Shown: positions 25,881 to 39,715 of the stretch, piece by piece | Layout: every line of letters begins with the position of its first letter | Numbering within the stretch: position 1 is the stretch's first letter | Assembly: GCF_006345805.1 (NCBI RefSeq) | Contig: NC_043008.1 | Coordinates: 58,652,001-58,716,000, forward strand | Length of the DNA: 64,000 nt | Reading direction: 5' to 3' | DNA from: Octopus sinensis | Lineage: Eukaryota | The notes under the pieces: generated by a model | What the model was told of the DNA's origin: nothing | The model's database searches: none | The model's input: the letters and a program-made list of their open reading frames with translations, nothing else | Made by a program: the position numbers and the translations under genes

Positions 25881-26523
25881 GACACACACACAGGCATACA
25901 CACATACACATTTATGTGTATATGTGTGTGACTCTGTGGGCTTGTTTACATCCCAGTAACTTAAAAGTTAGGCTAAAAAGACCCAGAAAATCGGTACCAG
26001 GATTTGAATATAAATACTGAGCCCAACCGCTAGAGACAGCATTCCAGCATGGCCGCAGTTCGATGATTAAAACAATGTAAAGTTAAAAGATATCATTAGA
26101 GCATGAATTGGTGAAGCAATTAATCGCTGTGGGTGATCTCTTCTACCGATAAGTGTGTCATTATCAAAAAATAATTTCAGCAAAGCTAATTAAGTGAACA
26201 AAAAAGAACAGCGATGCTCCAATGTAGCTACAAGTACTGCTTGAAATCAATAAACGAAAAAAGAAAAATTGTTAATTTCAGGCGCAGGAGTGTCTGCGTG
26301 TTAAGAAGCTTCCATACCACATGGTTCTGGGTTCAGTCCCTCTAAGTAGCACCTTGGGCAAGAGCCTTCTACCTTAGCCTTGGTTCAACCAAAGCCTTGT
26401 GAGGGGATTTGGTGGACGGAAACTGAGAGAAGCCCGTCGTATATATATACATATATATAAGTTATATATATATATAGATACATACATACATACGTACACA
26501 CAAACACACACATACACACACAC

Positions 26524-26573
<50 letters not shown>

Positions 26574-26619
26574 TTGCTTTCGGTGCGCCCCATAAGATTC
26601 AAGCTTATATAAAAATACC

Positions 26620-26650
<31 letters not shown>

Positions 26651-26982
26651 CATGCATATATGTGTGTGTGTCTCTCTCTATATGTATATATCTACGTGTG
26701 ATTGTGACTTTGTGTCTCTGTATCTAACGTTTGACAACCGGTGTTGGTGTGCTTACGCCCTAGTAACTTAGTGGTTCGGAAAAAGGGCCCATAGAATAAG
26801 TACTATGTTTATAAAGAGTACGTCCTGGGTCATTTTCTTCGACTAAAAAAAATAACCTCTAAGATGGTGCTCCAGCATGGCTGCAGTGAAATTACAGAAG
26901 CAAGTAAAAGAATACCGTTCCCAGCTCTCGTACCTACATCGGTAAGTTTGTATAACCAGAAGATAGTTTTATTCTTTTATTA

Positions 26983-27131
26983 TATCGGTTATAGAGACGG
27001 TTTGAGTACAACTTTATGTATCGGCTATAGACACAGTTGTAAGATACAGCATTATGTATCAGGTACAGACACGGTTGTGGTATACATTATATGTATTGGT
27101 TATTGATACGGTAGTAGCTTACAGCTTTATG
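26983..27131. repeat. ~37-bp minisatellite, 4 diverged copies
   Basis: Unit starts tatcgg/tatcag/tattgg at 26983, 27019, 27057 and 27094, each ending ttatg. Confidence 0.8.
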
Positions 27132-27435
27132 TCCCGTCTGTACATGCTTTGGAAAAACCTTGTGTTACCGATTGACTGATTTTCACAGAATAGCACCGGA
27201 ACAAGTTTTTGTCGGATAAAAAGGAGGGAACTGTAGTGTTGATGCATTTACCGGAGGTATTAACTAAGGATAATGCATGAGGTTGATGGAACGAAGATTC
27301 GAACACGAAATTCTATAGTTTTTATTGGACTCACTAAGAAATAAGGTTATTTTGTTGTATGGACCATGAACAACCGAGATTAAGTGAGCATACAGTATAA
27401 AGCATTCAAACTCTGATAATGTTTTATGCTTTTAG

Positions 27436-27482
27436 GGTTATGTATATCTGCATTAATGTGTCCGTTGCTTTCATTATAAGAG
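27436..27482 (+). CDS. Putative internal exon B (speculative)
   Basis: Acceptor ttttatgctttttag, donor GAG/gtgagt; one open frame VMYICINVSVAFIIR (phase 2-1). Confidence 0.28.
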
Positions 27483-28479
27483 GTGAGTGAATTATTTGAG
27501 GGAATTTTAGCTGTTATTCTTTGCAAGTCGATCAAACACATCGCTACTCCTTCTGTATTACTTAATGAAGTGTGTTTGAAATGAAATGCAATCTAGTGTA
27601 ACACCAAAGTGTAGTAGAATTCTGCAATATAGTGTAGTGTGATATATAATACTTGGGTTGCTGCGGGAGTAGGTTTGTTTTTCGGTCGCTTTACAGCATT
27701 TTCATGCTTCAAATAAATTTAGTTTAAGCTTGAAAATTTTTACACGTTCTATGTTCCGCCATTTGCATACAAACTGCTTGAATTATTCCCGCAGTAATGA
27801 TTAAGTGTCTCCCTTTTTCTATAACATGCAGTAATAGGAATAATACGGTGATTGTTACCTTAAATAGCATCATATGAAAAATTGATGTATTACAGTTTAT
27901 AACACGGCTGGTTTATAATCTGAGCATTTGTGTTATCAGCCGCAGATGCGTAATGTTTTTATCACGTTTCACTTTATTCGCTGAAATGAGCCTACTATAC
28001 CACATAAAAATGTAAGCCTCCCATGTTGTCTTGTTTGATTTGTCATTTATTTATCTAGATCAGGATATCATTGTTATTTTCCCATGTTCTGAATACTGCT
28101 ACTGGCACTAGATAGAATGTAAATGAGATAATAAATAAATAAATAAAACAAGTGTTTTGATTTATGGTTTATGTTGAAGACAGGGAGGGGAAATGCCCAC
28201 AGCTGTTTCTAAACTTTCGCATCTGTAGTACAGAAAGCTTTCAAATGGGCCATTGTTGTACATATGTAACTACTGGGTTACCTTCCTTGAATGTTGAGCT
28301 TTAATGACTTCTGCGTAGCACCCTCTACAGGACATAGTTTAATATTATTTTGTGGTCTTGTATGTTCGTGTCTAAGTATGACCATGTCTATGGATAACTT
28401 GTATGTCCAAGCCTATACCATTCGGCCGCATATCACCAAGTTTGCTTATCACAGCTCATATTATGCCATGAAGATAATT

Positions 28480-28780
28480 ATTAAGTAGCTGTCAAAGACG
28501 TCTCCCACATATTTTACACTTGTATTTCTCCTTCCTGAATATCACGGAATCAGCTCATGGACAAGAATACAGCGTATTTGGGTCTTTGTCGTGCCATATG
28601 TACTCCTTTTACAAAGGAAGGATGTTTAACATGGAATATCCTCCATAAGTGTATATAATTCATGCTTACATTGGATAAGAAATCTGATTGTTTCTTGAAG
28701 GAAACAGAGATACGTAATTGTCTCTAGCTTTCCTGGACAAATAAACAGAGAATCACGATCTCACAGGTCTCTGTAATTAT
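28480..28780 (-). mobile_element. Possible highly decayed DNA transposase fragment
   Basis: Minus-strand peptides RDSLFICPGKLETIT...ELY, WRIFHVKHP...RQRPK and KCKIC resemble the RDD.SR.CPGKKD / HP...F..LRP N-terminal motifs of some invertebrate cut-and-paste transposases (from memory; family not assigned). Confidence 0.3.
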
Positions 28781-29339
28781 TTTTAAAAGCTAGCCCCAGT
28801 TCGATGCACAAAATGGTTCCAACTGTTCGATCACTTTGGAAAGTGCTTCATATCAAGAGTTTTCCTTTAGACAAAGTATTAACAAATGCCTATCTATTTG
28901 TTGTTATTGTCTGCCCTCGAAACCATATGTACACGCATATTAATGCTGCTTTTGTTGTTAATATAGCTGATGATAAAACGTCTATTTGGCTGAATGATTG
29001 TGTTTTCTCTTAGTTTGTGCACGTTTTAAGTAAACTAGCGCTGTAGTTCTTTTCTGCGAACATTTTTGGTTTTACTGTTTGGGGACACAGCATGGACTCT
29101 TAAAGGGAAATTTTCCTCGATGATAGGAACATATAAAAACAATTTTTTCACTAAAATAAATAGATAAAAACCCTTTTATTTTGGTTATCTGTGAAGTCTC
29201 ATTAAAATATTTTTTACTAGTGTTGTATTCAATTTTATTTCTGCATACATATATATTACCAGTCTATTCAATTATCATAAATTAATAAGCATTCATATTT
29301 CTCGATCTGTCTTGTCAGATATCTCATTATATTCAGCTT

Positions 29340-30030
29340 CTATAAAGGCCTATCTCTTTTCATAAAGGTTCTATCTAATCTAGGAATCTATTCATTCTTT
29401 AATTGCTCACTGCTTCTAGTTATTTCGTCAAGAGGTATTTCATGTACATTTACTTCCAGTTCCTCTTGTAGTTTAGAGCGTTTCTCTCATTAAATATCCA
29501 TTTCATGCCTGTAATAAAATACTCTTTAGATGCTTATAGAAGATATTAGTTTCCTTGTTTTTAATCTCAATAACATATCTCATAAGATTTTCTGTCTTAT
29601 TCATTGTGTAAGCTGCATCAACTAAATTTATCTACATTACCAGCTTTTAATTCAGAAAACTTATTTTATCCTTCCTTAAGCAGGTTTTCAACCTTTCTTG
29701 AGATTATTTTTACTTTAAGGTCCATTTTAATCCTTCTCCAGCTTCTAAGAATCTGGGCTTCTTCCTTTTGCTCCTCAATAACTTTCCAAAATTTCAATCC
29801 CCGAAATCTATTTCCATTTAATAACTTTCCTTTGTTCAGAATATCCTTGGTGAGATTGGTGAGATTGTTCTTCCAAACAATATTGGAGTCTTCAAATTTA
29901 TCAAAAGCTTCAAGCAATACAAGCTAATTTCCTCATTCAATTACAAAGTTATCATTCATTAGATCCGTCTTCAATTTTTCTATACCCAACCCGTTGATAC
30001 TTTCGTCTTTTTAACCTTCAATTTTAAATG
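29340..30030 (-). mobile_element. Penelope-like N-terminal coding remnant
   Basis: K/E-rich broken ORF (29666-29917) with KFSELKAG, similar to YFSELELAG in the 59470-60130 remnant. Confidence 0.35.
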
Positions 30031-30409
30031 AACTGTCCCTGTAACTAACTGAAGGCTACTTTTAATATTTATACCGCGATAAATTCTAACAACTATCAGT
30101 GATATTTTACGGTTATGAATTTATCGAATTATAATCTATTGATTGATAAATGTTTTATCTGGAATTATGTAAGTATATTTATGAATAGCTTTGTGTTTGA
30201 TTAAAGTGCCGCCTTTGTTTTGTCTTGCTATGTCTTTCTTAATATTTTTCCCCGTAACAAATTAGAAAAAAAATTCGTTTTCAGTTAACCCGGGCGTCAG
30301 TTTTGCTTCATACCCATGCAGGTTGATGAAATAAGGTGTTATTCATGTACTACAGTCGATAGTATTGACTAAGAGCTCTTCGTAAATTTTTTAGGTCTTG
30401 CACATATTC

Positions 30410-31003
<594 letters not shown>

Positions 31004-31004
31004 A

Positions 31005-31527
31005 GCCCTGATGCAGTACCAGAGATTGGCTCTCATGGCTTCTGATCTTAACTGATGGGAAGTGTTATCATGTACATTGTTTTGTCTTGGTATAAAAGAT
31101 GGGCTACAGCAAATATTCTGCTCAATACCACAGATTTGCTTGTCAGCTGCTTGACCTTAACCAGTTGAGCATGTCCCTTGGTGGCTGACGATGTGTGCAT
31201 CTCTGATCACGAGCAGAAGTAGTGGGGAAGCATCATAGACATGTGTTGAGAGCAATTCTTTAGAATTTGGATAATTCCCCTCGGGAAACATGGGTGTTTC
31301 GTTCAACATCATTAAACAACCCTTATTCAGGGACCTTTTTAGTGGGTGGGCTACTAGATCTGAAGAAAATTCTAACTGGGCCCCACCTGCAAGATTATGA
31401 GATGAATTTGTCGCGCACATATAGTTGTGAGCATGTGCCTGGTGACAGGTAGTCATGATGGGTATTGTGGGCTTCTTATATTTTACACCAGTGTCACTTT
31501 GATGGCATGTCCTGCTCTCTCACTCAA
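31005..31527 (+). mobile_element. Family D ~530-bp non-coding element embedded in (TAA)n
   Basis: Homologous to 34465-34849 (+, partial) and 36919-37473 (-). Both long copies start gccctgatgcagtacc and end ctctctcactcaa. Confidence 0.85.
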
Positions 31528-31599
31528 TGATAATAATAATAACAACAACAACAACAATTATAATAATAATAATAATAATAATGCAAAACTCAATGATAA

Positions 31600-31712
31600 C
31601 GTGGCGAACCTAACTCACAGCATGGGGAGATAAACTTGGAGAGGTAAATATTAAAAGAGGAATCTTTCAAGGAGACAGTCTGTCGCCCCTCCTATTTGTT
31701 GTCAGCATACTG

Positions 31713-31715
<3 letters not shown>
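31600..31715 (+). mobile_element. R4/Dong LINE RT fragment
   Basis: GEVNIKRGIFQGDSLSPLLFVVSILP. Confidence 0.85.
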
Positions 31716-31757
<42 letters not shown>

Positions 31758-31789
31758 TACTACTACTACTACTATTACTACTATTACTA

Positions 31790-32215
31790 CTCGGTTGAGT
31801 AGAAAGTAAGCAGTTCGAAAATGGAAGATCGTAAGCGTAGTGGACGTCCTACTGTCATCGTTCACGATCCAAGTAAACCCACTCGAGAATAGGCAAGAAA
31901 ACTCCAAGTTAGCCAGAAAACTGCCAGCAACCATTTACATGCGATCGGAAAATCAAAAATGCTCCACAAATGGATACTACAAATGGATGCCACACGATTT
32001 GAATGAAAATCAGAAAATGCGCAGATATGAAATTTGCGTGTCGCTTCTTCTCCGTAACCAGACCGATCCATTTCTCGACCGTATTGTAACTTGCAATGGA
32101 AAGAGGATTCTGTACGATAATATAATAGGTTCTTCGCAGTGGTTGGATTAAAAGTAAGCACAGAAAACTTTCCCTAAACCCGAGCTCTTCAAAAAGAAGT
32201 TTACGTGGACTATTT
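31790..32215 (+). mobile_element. mariner (DD34D-like) transposase fragment
   Basis: WMPHDLNENQKMRRYEICVSLLLRNQTDPFLDRIVTCNGKRILYDN...QWLD matches the WVPHEL / IVTCDEKW motifs. Confidence 0.9.
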
Positions 32216-32238
32216 GCTTACTTTTTACTCAGCCGTCA

Positions 32239-32317
<79 letters not shown>

Positions 32318-32364
32318 ATAATAAGAAGAAGAAGAAGAAGAGTAATAATAATCCTTTCTACTAT

Positions 32365-32691
32365 AGGCATAAGGCCTGAAATTTTTTGGGGAAGGGGCAA
32401 GTCGATTACATCGACTCCAGTACTCAACTGGTACTTAATTCATCGACCCTGAAAAGATGAAAGGCAAAGTCGAACTCTGCGGAATTTGAACTCAGAACGT
32501 AGCGGCAGACAAAATACCTATTTCTTTACCACCCACAAGGGGCTAAACATAGATTGGACAAACAAGGACAGACAAAGGGACTAAGTCGATTACATCGACC
32601 CCAGTGCGTAACTGGTACTTAATTTATCGACCCCATCTTTTATACCAAATATTATTATAATTTATTGTTGTTGTTGTTGTTTTTGCTGTTG

Positions 32692-32770
<79 letters not shown>

Positions 32771-33000
32771 TATTATCATTATTAAGGCAGCGGGCTGGCA
32801 GAATCCTTTGCACGCCGGGCAAAATGCTCAGCAGCATTGCGTCCGTCTATACGTTCTGAGTTCGAATCCCGCCGAGAAACAGCTTCGCTTTCTATCATTT
32901 CCCATTCGATAAAATAAGAACCTGTTGTGCACTGGGGCCACTTTAATCGTCTAACCTCCTACCAGAAAAATTTCAGGTTTTGTGCTTATTGTAGAAGGAA
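32365..33000. mobile_element. SINE A copies in opposite orientations (32365-32636 minus; 32785-33000 plus)
   Basis: Homology to the family A consensus on both strands, separated by (TTA)n. Confidence 0.85.
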
Positions 33001-34232
33001 TTATTATTATTGTTTTAGGCATTCATTTCCAATAAAGTAGGCATCTCTGATATAAATTCATTATAAATCAAACATAAACATTACAAAAAAAGGGCTTTAA
33101 ACAATGCAAATGAAAATTTAGACAAAATATGTAAAGTAATATTAATATATGGAGACAAAGGAAGGGTGATGTATCAGCCTGTATAGTTTATTTTATGGTT
33201 ATATTTCGGAAAATCTTCACTTGATTAAATATAAATAGAGAATAATCTATGGGTTCTGAGAAAATATTTTATTATCGCGATGGTATCAATTATTTAATTA
33301 ATAAAACAAGTTTTCTCATTTCCATCCTCGCATTCTACACTATTGACAAATATGCCTGATTAATTTGGAATGCATCATTGTTTTGTGAGATAGTAAAAAA
33401 AAGTTTCGCTTTAATATCATTTTATTTATCGTTTGGTGTACAGAAATTCATCATTCTAGCACCAACTTCATTAGCATTCGTAACCACAATGTATTGCCTC
33501 ATATGTTCTATAATTTCGATAGTCCTGCCACTTTTTGCATTTAGATGATCAATCACAATTTTGATATTCTTTTGCCAGCCTACTATAAATTTCTTTTTGT
33601 AACAGTTCAGTTGAATAATCTATGCCTTCGTCGGTTATTTTATTCGCAGCTACGGAACAAACAATAATAGTGATATGGCTTGCTTACTTTTAAAATTATA
33701 CAGTGTGGACTCTTTTTCTTTTCCACTGAACGTAATTTTTTGAACATTATTCCATTTTGTATTTTCCGTCATGAAACTATGGGAATTTGTGCTTGAAGCT
33801 AACTGTCTGTTTAATTTTTACATTGTCTGTTTATTTTAAGTATGTTTTCATGTTTGAAAATAATTGAGTGGCGTGTTTGTTTACATTAACTGAGGCTATT
33901 GCTACCAACACCGTGCTGAACACAATTTCCTACGATATCTCATTTCAGGCCGCCATCTTGAAATAAGAATAAATATTGTGAATGGCTCAAGGCAAAGATG
34001 TATACATGTAAATAAAACGATACAAAGAAAGTTAATTTCTACCTGAATGAATTAGGATGGATTCCGAAATAATCAGGCAATATTTATCAATTTATCAATA
34101 TTCTTGAATGAAAGAGTGGAAAACTGTTTTTTAACAAACAGTTAAGGTATAATTAAAGAGTTCGATCAGAAACAGCTGAAATTCTCGGATATTATTATTG
34201 TTATCATTATTATTATGATCCATAATAAGAGC

Positions 34233-34295
<63 letters not shown>

Positions 34296-34338
34296 GATAA
34301 TAATAATAATAATAATAATAATGATAATAATAATAATG

Positions 34339-34372
<34 letters not shown>

Positions 34373-34413
34373 TAATAATAATAATAATGATGATGATAAT
34401 AATAATAATGATG

Positions 34414-34461
<48 letters not shown>

Positions 34462-34464
34462 GTA

Positions 34465-34849
34465 ATCTTAACTGATTTAACGTTTTGCCTTGGTATAAAA
34501 GATGAGCTACAGCAAATATTTTGCTCAATAACAATTTCTTTAATACCCACTAGGAGCTAAACACAGAGAGGACAAACAAATATTCTGTTCTGCTCAGATT
34601 TGCTTGTCAATTGCTTGACCATAGCCAGTTGGGCATGTCCCTTAGTCGCGGACGATATGTGCATTTGTGATCACGAGCCTGAAGTAGTGGGGTGGGGATC
34701 ATAGTCATGTGTTGAGAGGAATTCTTTGGGGTTTGAATAATTCACATCTGGAAACATGGGTGTTTCGTTCAACATCCCTAAACAAACCTTAATCAGGAAC
34801 CTTTTGAGTGGGATGGGTTACTGAACCTGAAGAAAATTCTAACTGGGCC
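34465..34849 (+). mobile_element. Family D element, partial
   Basis: Homologous to 31045-31385; follows a (TAA)n tract. Confidence 0.8.
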
Positions 34850-35197
34850 TCAACGCTATTATCTATCCCGCAAGTCAACTTCGGATGACTTTGAACTCAG
34901 AAAATGAAGACGGATAAAATACTGTGAAGCATTTTTCCCGGCGTGCTAACGATTCCGCCAGATCAACTGCAACAGCAACAACAGCAACAGCAGCAGCAGT
35001 AGAGCAGTGGCAACAGCAACAACAACAAAAATGTTTCAGATTTTAGTACGATGCCATCAATTCCGGGGGAAGGGCGTAAGTTGATTACGTCGACCCCTGG
35101 TATTTATTTTATTGGCCCCGAAAGAGTGAAAGACAAAGTTGTTGTTGTTAATGTTGATGATGATGATAATGATGATGACGATGATGATGATGATGAC

Positions 35198-35236
<39 letters not shown>

Positions 35237-35794
35237 GATAGTAATTATGATGATGATGATGATAATTATGATGGTGTTGCTGGTTATGCAGGTGGTTATT
35301 TCTCTCGTATGTAGGTTTGCCTATCCTTTTGACTGAATCATAAGTAATACTTATGATTCAAGTAAAAGATACATATTGCATCGTACATGCAGGTTTGTTA
35401 TATAATTTGTGTCTCTGTTTGCTTGTCGATTTTCATTAATACAATACACCATTTCTCATTGCGTGTTGAATATTGTTGTTAATTCCATTAAGTATGATTT
35501 TAATTAATTAAATTTCTACTTGATTTCATTAGAAGAAAATAAAGCAATCGTCTTAGAATCTATTCCTCTTCTCTCGAATATATACATATATTTTCTGTGT
35601 GGTTCGTTGCTTGCATGTTAAGACTAAAGGTCTGAATAATAGGGAATAAATAAGTAGACAGCATTCAGTGAATTTACTGGTTTTAAATTTTGACACAAGG
35701 CTAGGAATTTCAAGTGAGAGGGTAAGTCGATTTCATCAATCCCAGTACCCAACTAGCATTCGTTTTGTGGACTCCAAATGGATGAAAGGCAAAG

Positions 35795-36300
35795 TAGACC
35801 TGTTCCTCTATCCTTATTTTGAGGGGACAGCTTGTTTCGCCTTTGTATATCCTACCACAGCTGCATGGGATGAAATACACACAGTTCTTAGTCATATTCT
35901 CTTCTACCGAAAGAGATATTTGCGAAGTGTTGTATTACTCTTGATTACTGTGCTGATGTCATATGGGCCGCATATCTTTAGTATCTTTTCGGAGAGGCCT
36001 TTCACATAGGGTAGACAGACTGTGGACATTTTTCTATTGGTTTCATCCCCTCTCTTCTTCATAACTGCAGTGGATATTATGTTTATGGGGTAGTTGTAGC
36101 TTGATAGATTGTTACTGCTCTATATTTAAGAAATGACGAATTATTTCCATTATTTCCATTATTTACATTATTTACATTATTTACATTATTTACATTATTT
36201 ACATTTGACGGATATTTATCCTCTTCTTGTTCGTCTGATATACCCTTCAAACTTCATTAGGTGTCTTGGGGAAATTTCGAACCTGGGTTCTCGTTCTTAA
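35795..36300 (-). mobile_element. Penelope-like element: pLTR followed by C-terminal GIY-YIG fragment
   Basis: Minus-strand translation VCLPYVKGLSEKILKICGPYDISTVIKSNTTLRKYL...NCVYFIPCSCGRIYKGETSCPLKIRIEE. The pLTR at 36115-36300 has an inverted copy at 36485-36660. Confidence 0.88.
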
Positions 36301-36377
36301 GGTAGTGGTTAAGAGCGCGGGCTACTAACCCCAAGATTCCAAGTTCGATCCCAGGCAGTGACCTGAATAATAATATC

Positions 36378-36485
<108 letters not shown>

Positions 36486-36536
36486 AACATCGAAAAATGC
36501 CTTAGGAATGAGAACCCAGGTTCGAAATTTCCTCAA

Positions 36537-36582
36537 GACACCCGAAGAAGGCTGGAGGACATATCAGCCGAAATGTTGTGTT
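36537..36582 (+). ncRNA. Degenerate type I hammerhead motif in a PLE pLTR
   Basis: gacac CCGAAGA a ggctg-loop-cagcc GAAA ugu u gtgtt. U4>C, and stem III reads AUGU instead of the palindromic ACGU. The inverted copy retains CUAAUGA. Confidence 0.55.
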
Positions 36583-36868
36583 AACAACAAACAAGATGAA
36601 GGCAAATATTCGTCGAATATAAATAACGTACATAATTCCTCATCTCTTTAATATAGAACTGGATTTCAGTTGTTTTACAGCTTTTGTTGTTATTTCTTTT
36701 TCTTCATAGTTGTTAGGCACGGTGGCTTTTTGTATTTGTCAGTTTCCTAAAAGATTGAAAACATTTTTTTGTTTTGTTCATGTCTTGTGGCTATTTGTAT
36801 TAGATTTCCTTGCTTCTGAAGTATTTCTGTAGTCCTATGGTGGTTTTATTGTAATAGTTTTCTATTTA

Positions 36869-36913
<45 letters not shown>

Positions 36914-36918
36914 CATTA

Positions 36919-37473
36919 TTGAGTGAGAGAGCAGTGCATGCAGTCAAATGACACTGGGGTAAAATATAGGAAGCCCGGTATATCCATCATGACTACCCGT
37001 CTGATAAGGGTACACTAGGCATATGCATCACAACCACATGTGCGCAACATGGTGATCTCATATCAAGATAAACAGCACATGAACTTGCATGTGGGGCCCA
37101 GTTAGAATTTTCTTCTGGTTGAGCAACCCATCCCGCTCAAAAGGTCCCTGAATAAGGGTTGTTTAAGGATGTTGAACAAAACACCCAAGTTTCGAGAGGT
37201 TAATTATCCTGACCTCAAAGAATCTCTCTCAAAACATGGCTATGATGCTCCCCCACTACTTCTGCTCGTGATCAGAGATGCACATATCGTCAGCCACTAA
37301 GGGACATGCTCAAATGGTTAATGTCAAACAACAGACAAGCAAATCTGTGGTATTGAGCAGAATATTTGCTGTGACTCATTTCTTGTACCAAGACAAAACA
37401 ATGTACATGATAACACTTCCAATCAGTTAAGATCAGAAGCCACGGGAGCCACTGCCCGGTACTGCATCAGGGC
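36919..37473 (-). mobile_element. Family D element, full length
   Basis: Reverse complement of 31005-31527; (ATT)n on both sides. Confidence 0.85.
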
Positions 37474-37507
<34 letters not shown>

Positions 37508-37579
37508 GATGTCATACAGTATACAATATCGGGAGGTTGTTGATTGAAGATAGTGTGTCTACCAAGGGTTTGTACTATT

Positions 37580-38026
37580 CGTCAAGTCACAACAAGAACA
37601 TCAGACAGACTGTACTTTACGCAATATGCGTGCAGTTCCAAGTAATGCCGACTTTTGTAATACATTTATATTGTAGGGTATTTCTGAGGTTTTCAGATGC
37701 TTTTTCAGATTGAGTGGTATTGAACCCAATGCTCCGATAACAATAAGGATAACCTTTATGTTCGACTTTCGTAGTTGCCACAGCTTAGCGCTCTCAATTA
37801 TTATTAGTACTATTCCTTCGTAGCACAGTGTAGGTAAAAATGCACTGAAGTATTTAGTCATATGTCAAGTCACAACAAGGGCCTCAAACCGATAATACAT
37901 TCCTTAAGGTGTGCGCTGTGCCCAATAATGTTGCTCTTTGCGAGACATCAATCTTGCATGTGGTTTCCAGTTGCCTTAAGAAGTCTTGAAGTTTCAATGG
38001 GATTGAGCCCAAAGCTCTGATCATCA

Positions 38027-38030
<4 letters not shown>
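37580..38030 (-). mobile_element. Two tandem 5'-truncated R4/Dong LINE 3' ends
   Basis: IVIGALGSIP...LQKSALLGTARILRKV and IRALGSIP...QRATLLGTAHTLRNVL, each followed by cttgttgtgacttgac; (ATT)n adjoins at 38030-38118. Confidence 0.85.
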
Positions 38031-38119
<89 letters not shown>

Positions 38120-39274
38120 AGTCGGTGAGCTGGCCGATTCGTTAGCATGCCGGGCGAAATTTTTAGCGGCATTTCATCCGTCGTCACGTTCTGAGTTCAA
38201 ATTCCACCGAAGTTAACTTTGCCTTTCATTTTTGCAGGGTTGATAAATTAAGTACCAGTCAAGTACTGGGGTCGATGCAAGTGACTTATACCCTTACTGA
38301 AATGGCTGACCTTGTGCCAAAATTTGAAATCTTCATTATTATTACAGTGAAGACGCATGGCCCAGTAGATTGAGCTTCGCATTGACGATCGCTAGATCGT
38401 GGTTTCAACTCCTAGACCGAGTGGTGCATTGTGTTCTTGAGCAAAACACTTCTTCACATGCTGCTCTGCGAATTCTTCGACACCTGACGCTTGAAACAAC
38501 GTGCACCTGTTCAGGCAACGTCGATTTGATGGCGGGTGTGGGCTAATGTACAACACACACATTTGATCTCTATAAATAAATCATTTGTGTATGTCGTTCG
38601 GCAAAAATAGCTGAACATTCATATGTCGTTTTGGACGGGAGAGCCCATCATTGATATTATTAATTCGCGAAGTTAGGGGTCGGACTGACAGTGTCGTTAG
38701 CACCCCGGGTTAAATGCTTAGCAGCATTTCGTCCGTCTCTACGTTCTGAGTTCTAAATCTACCGAGGCCCACTTTGCCTTTTACCGTTCCGGGGTCGATA
38801 AAAGAAGTACCAGCTGTTCACTGGGGTCGATCCAATCGTCTTACCCCCTCCCCCGAAATTGCTGACCTTGTGACAAAATTTTAAATGATTAATTGTAATC
38901 TTAAATGGTTAATTTTGCTTTTCATCCTTTCAGAGTGAGTAAAATAAGTACAAGTCGTGTATTGAGGTCGATATAATCGACTAACTGTCTCTTAAAATTT
39001 CCGGCCTTGTGCTAATATTAAAAAAAATTAATTGATGAAAAGGAATATTTTACTTATTGCTTCTGTGTGTTGTAGTTAATAACAATTATTCTTAATCATT
39101 AAGTACCCTGTTAATATCAACATATATTTATGAAATTATGAAATTATAACTTCGACAACGACAGCTAATTATGGCATCATCAAATTATAACAACATAATT
39201 ATTATGAAAATCATAAGTATATTTAACGAGTAAAACTGGCTGTTTGGATAAAAATTACACGTATAATAATAATA

Positions 39275-39307
<33 letters not shown>

Positions 39308-39315
39308 TAATAATA

Positions 39316-39365
<50 letters not shown>

Positions 39366-39611
39366 CAGAAAGTATACACACATATATTCACACACACACA
39401 CATAAATATGTACCTGTATATATGTGTATATAAGAATGTATATACACACACATACACACTCATTCCCCCTCTGTCTCTCTCTCTCTCTGTCTCACATACA
39501 CACATACACACACGAAAGCACACACACACGAACGCACACACACACACTCACACACACACGCACACGCACACATACACGCACAAATATATACACACGCACG
39601 TACACTCGTAC

Positions 39612-39715
39612 AGTTGAACTTCGGTTTACGAATTTAATTCGTTCCTGAAGGCCGTTCGTCACTCGAAAAAAGTTCGTACACCGAAACTATTTTCCCGAAA
39701 GGTAACTCAACGGAA
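39612..39715 (+). mobile_element. pogo/Tigger-like terminal fragment
   Basis: TA followed by cagttgaacttcggtttacgaatttaattcgttcc, typical of Tigger-type TIR starts; no coding part confirmed. Confidence 0.4.

Noticed and set aside
20600-27131. Regularly spaced repeats read as CRISPR-like arrays (20600-21245, 26983-27131, also 3755-4146)
   Set aside because: Whole units are repeated with no unique spacers, there are no cas genes, and the context is eukaryotic.
30060-30296. Possible Helitron 3' region ending cagttaacccgggc
   Set aside because: The second half of the hairpin and the CTRR terminus are absent; resemblance is from memory only.
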